Part shown: in pieces, positions 62,490 through 64,000 of the stretch
Layout: every line of letters starts with the position of its first letter
How positions within the stretch are numbered: position 1 is the stretch's first letter
Assembly: GCF_002571385.2 (NCBI RefSeq)
Contig: NW_019217784.1
Coordinates: 1,960,863 to 2,024,862 of the forward strand
DNA from: Stylophora pistillata
Lineage: Eukaryota
DNA length: 64,000 nt
Direction: 5' to 3'
Position numbers and translations under genes: made by a program
Notes under the pieces: generated by a model
The model's input: the letters and a program-made list of their open reading frames with translations, nothing else
What the model was told of the DNA's origin: nothing
Database searches by the model: none

Positions 62490-64000
62490 TCTGCGAGCGG
62501 CAAGATGTCATACTACCTGTACTGAAAAAAGCTAAGGCCACTGTATCATATGTAAATGGGATATATGGTGAAATTAATACAGATTATCTTAGTCACGTAT
62601 GTCTGAGTGTATATCGAAAAGAAGATTGAAAACGAAGCCCACACTTTTACCTTCGCTAGTATTATTTATTGACACGCAAAAAAAGGCGATGATTCACTAA
62701 ACAGAATAACATTCTTGTAGCAACAGTACTTGAAGTCAATATTCTTCAGCATGACTCTGCCTTTAAAAGTTGAGTAATTGAGTAGATTTGTGCACAGGAA
62801 ATAAACTGTGGGTCGATCCCTGTCATGGAACAGTTTCAAGTGGGTTAGAAAAGCTTATGTTTGTTTAAGTTGTTCCTGAAGAGATTTGACTGCTTTTCTC
62901 GTTTCTTTTTCGATCATCTTCTTTCCCCGTTTCCAATAAAAAGGACAATGATCTTTTTTTGTATATTTTTTTTCTTCAGTTGTTGTCCACCACATGTGTT
63001 AATTTAAGTTTGTCTTTCTCCCCTGAAGTTTAACTGAATTCTTATGCAGGGCTTTTGAGTTAGATAAGTCACCGCAGCCAGCAAAGCCGGAATAAAAACT
63101 TAATGTAAAAACTACTCATGTGCGACTAAGATCGCCAAGACTCGTCAGCATTTCCGTCCATCTTCCGTTTCAGCGCTAAACACCTCAGAGGCCACTATTC
63201 TTTTAATCCTCGGCATTCCTTGATTATCAAGAGAGGACTCAGTGCACCTCCAGACAACCTACGCGCACGGAAACTAAATAGCTTTGAACACTTCAAAACA
63301 TCCAAATCTATTTCCTCCTTTTGTTTTCACGGTAGGAAGTAGACCTGTGGGATTATATTGTGGTTAGAGAAGTGGGAATCAAGGGAAGAGGCGGAGAACA
63401 CATGATTAATGGGGCGATCAGTATCAGGCAGACTGTTAGTATAGAGCCGCGCTTTCCTTTCTTCGCTAATTGGCTAAGGCGACCGCTCGGGGGGCATGGG
63501 TAATATTGGATGATCAGGGTGATTTACGTCAGTTCAAGAAAAGATAGAGCAAAGGTTTTTGATCGCACGACCATATAGTTACGCATGTAAAACAAAATTA
63601 AAGGAGTTTAAGACTTGTTCAAATTTCCAATTCGTCAGAAAAATAATCATGACACGCTAGGTACTTAATATTCAATGACTCGGTGGCGCCATCCTACCTA
63701 ACACATTATATTGTTAAGTTATTTTACTTCCAGGATTAATTGTGATGTAAAATGGCCAAATTTGGCATGTTTGAATGAAGAGAAATTTTGACCATTAATT
63801 TATCTCCTAAGAACGTTTGGGTAAGGACTGCTTTGATACCCCACAGAACACTTGATAGGAAAATGGAAGATTCTAGTGTAAGATGTGAATTCATTCATTA
63901 AAAGGCATAAACCTCAGGAAACGCTTTATCTGCTACAACTCCAACTCCGAAATCTTTTGTGATCTTTCTAAGACCTTGTGGCTCATCGACATAGTTCTCG

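Overview
AT-rich, intron-rich animal genomic DNA with several N gaps; gene and repeat content suggest an anthozoan, probably a scleractinian coral (inference). Four genes could be spliced by eye. (1) A ~37-exon, ~1,650-aa C-terminal-motor kinesin-14 of the calmodulin-binding KCBP/kinesin-C type (- strand, 31089 to 2227). It has two U12 minor-spliceosome introns, one an AT-AC intron that splits the P-loop. (2) A TPR-CHAT (TTC28-like) gene nested antisense in that kinesin's ~9-kb penultimate intron. It has ten near-identical 120-nt TPR units with clustered variable codons, one frameshift and five stops, all upstream of an intact CHAT domain. (3) A signal-peptide JmjC dioxygenase with a C-terminal EF-hand-like loop, head-to-head with the kinesin (+, 31593-38170), containing a GC-AG intron. 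(4) A follistatin (-, ending at 40230) with two candidate alternative signal-peptide first exons, a truncated FS1 module and a basic tail. Mobile DNA includes two hairpin Penelope-type elements with hammerhead-ribozyme motifs and ~12-bp TSDs, an R4/Dong-like fragment in (TAA)n, tRNA-SINEs, L2/CR1-group 3' fragments and several MITE families. No gene could be supported in 53-64 kb.
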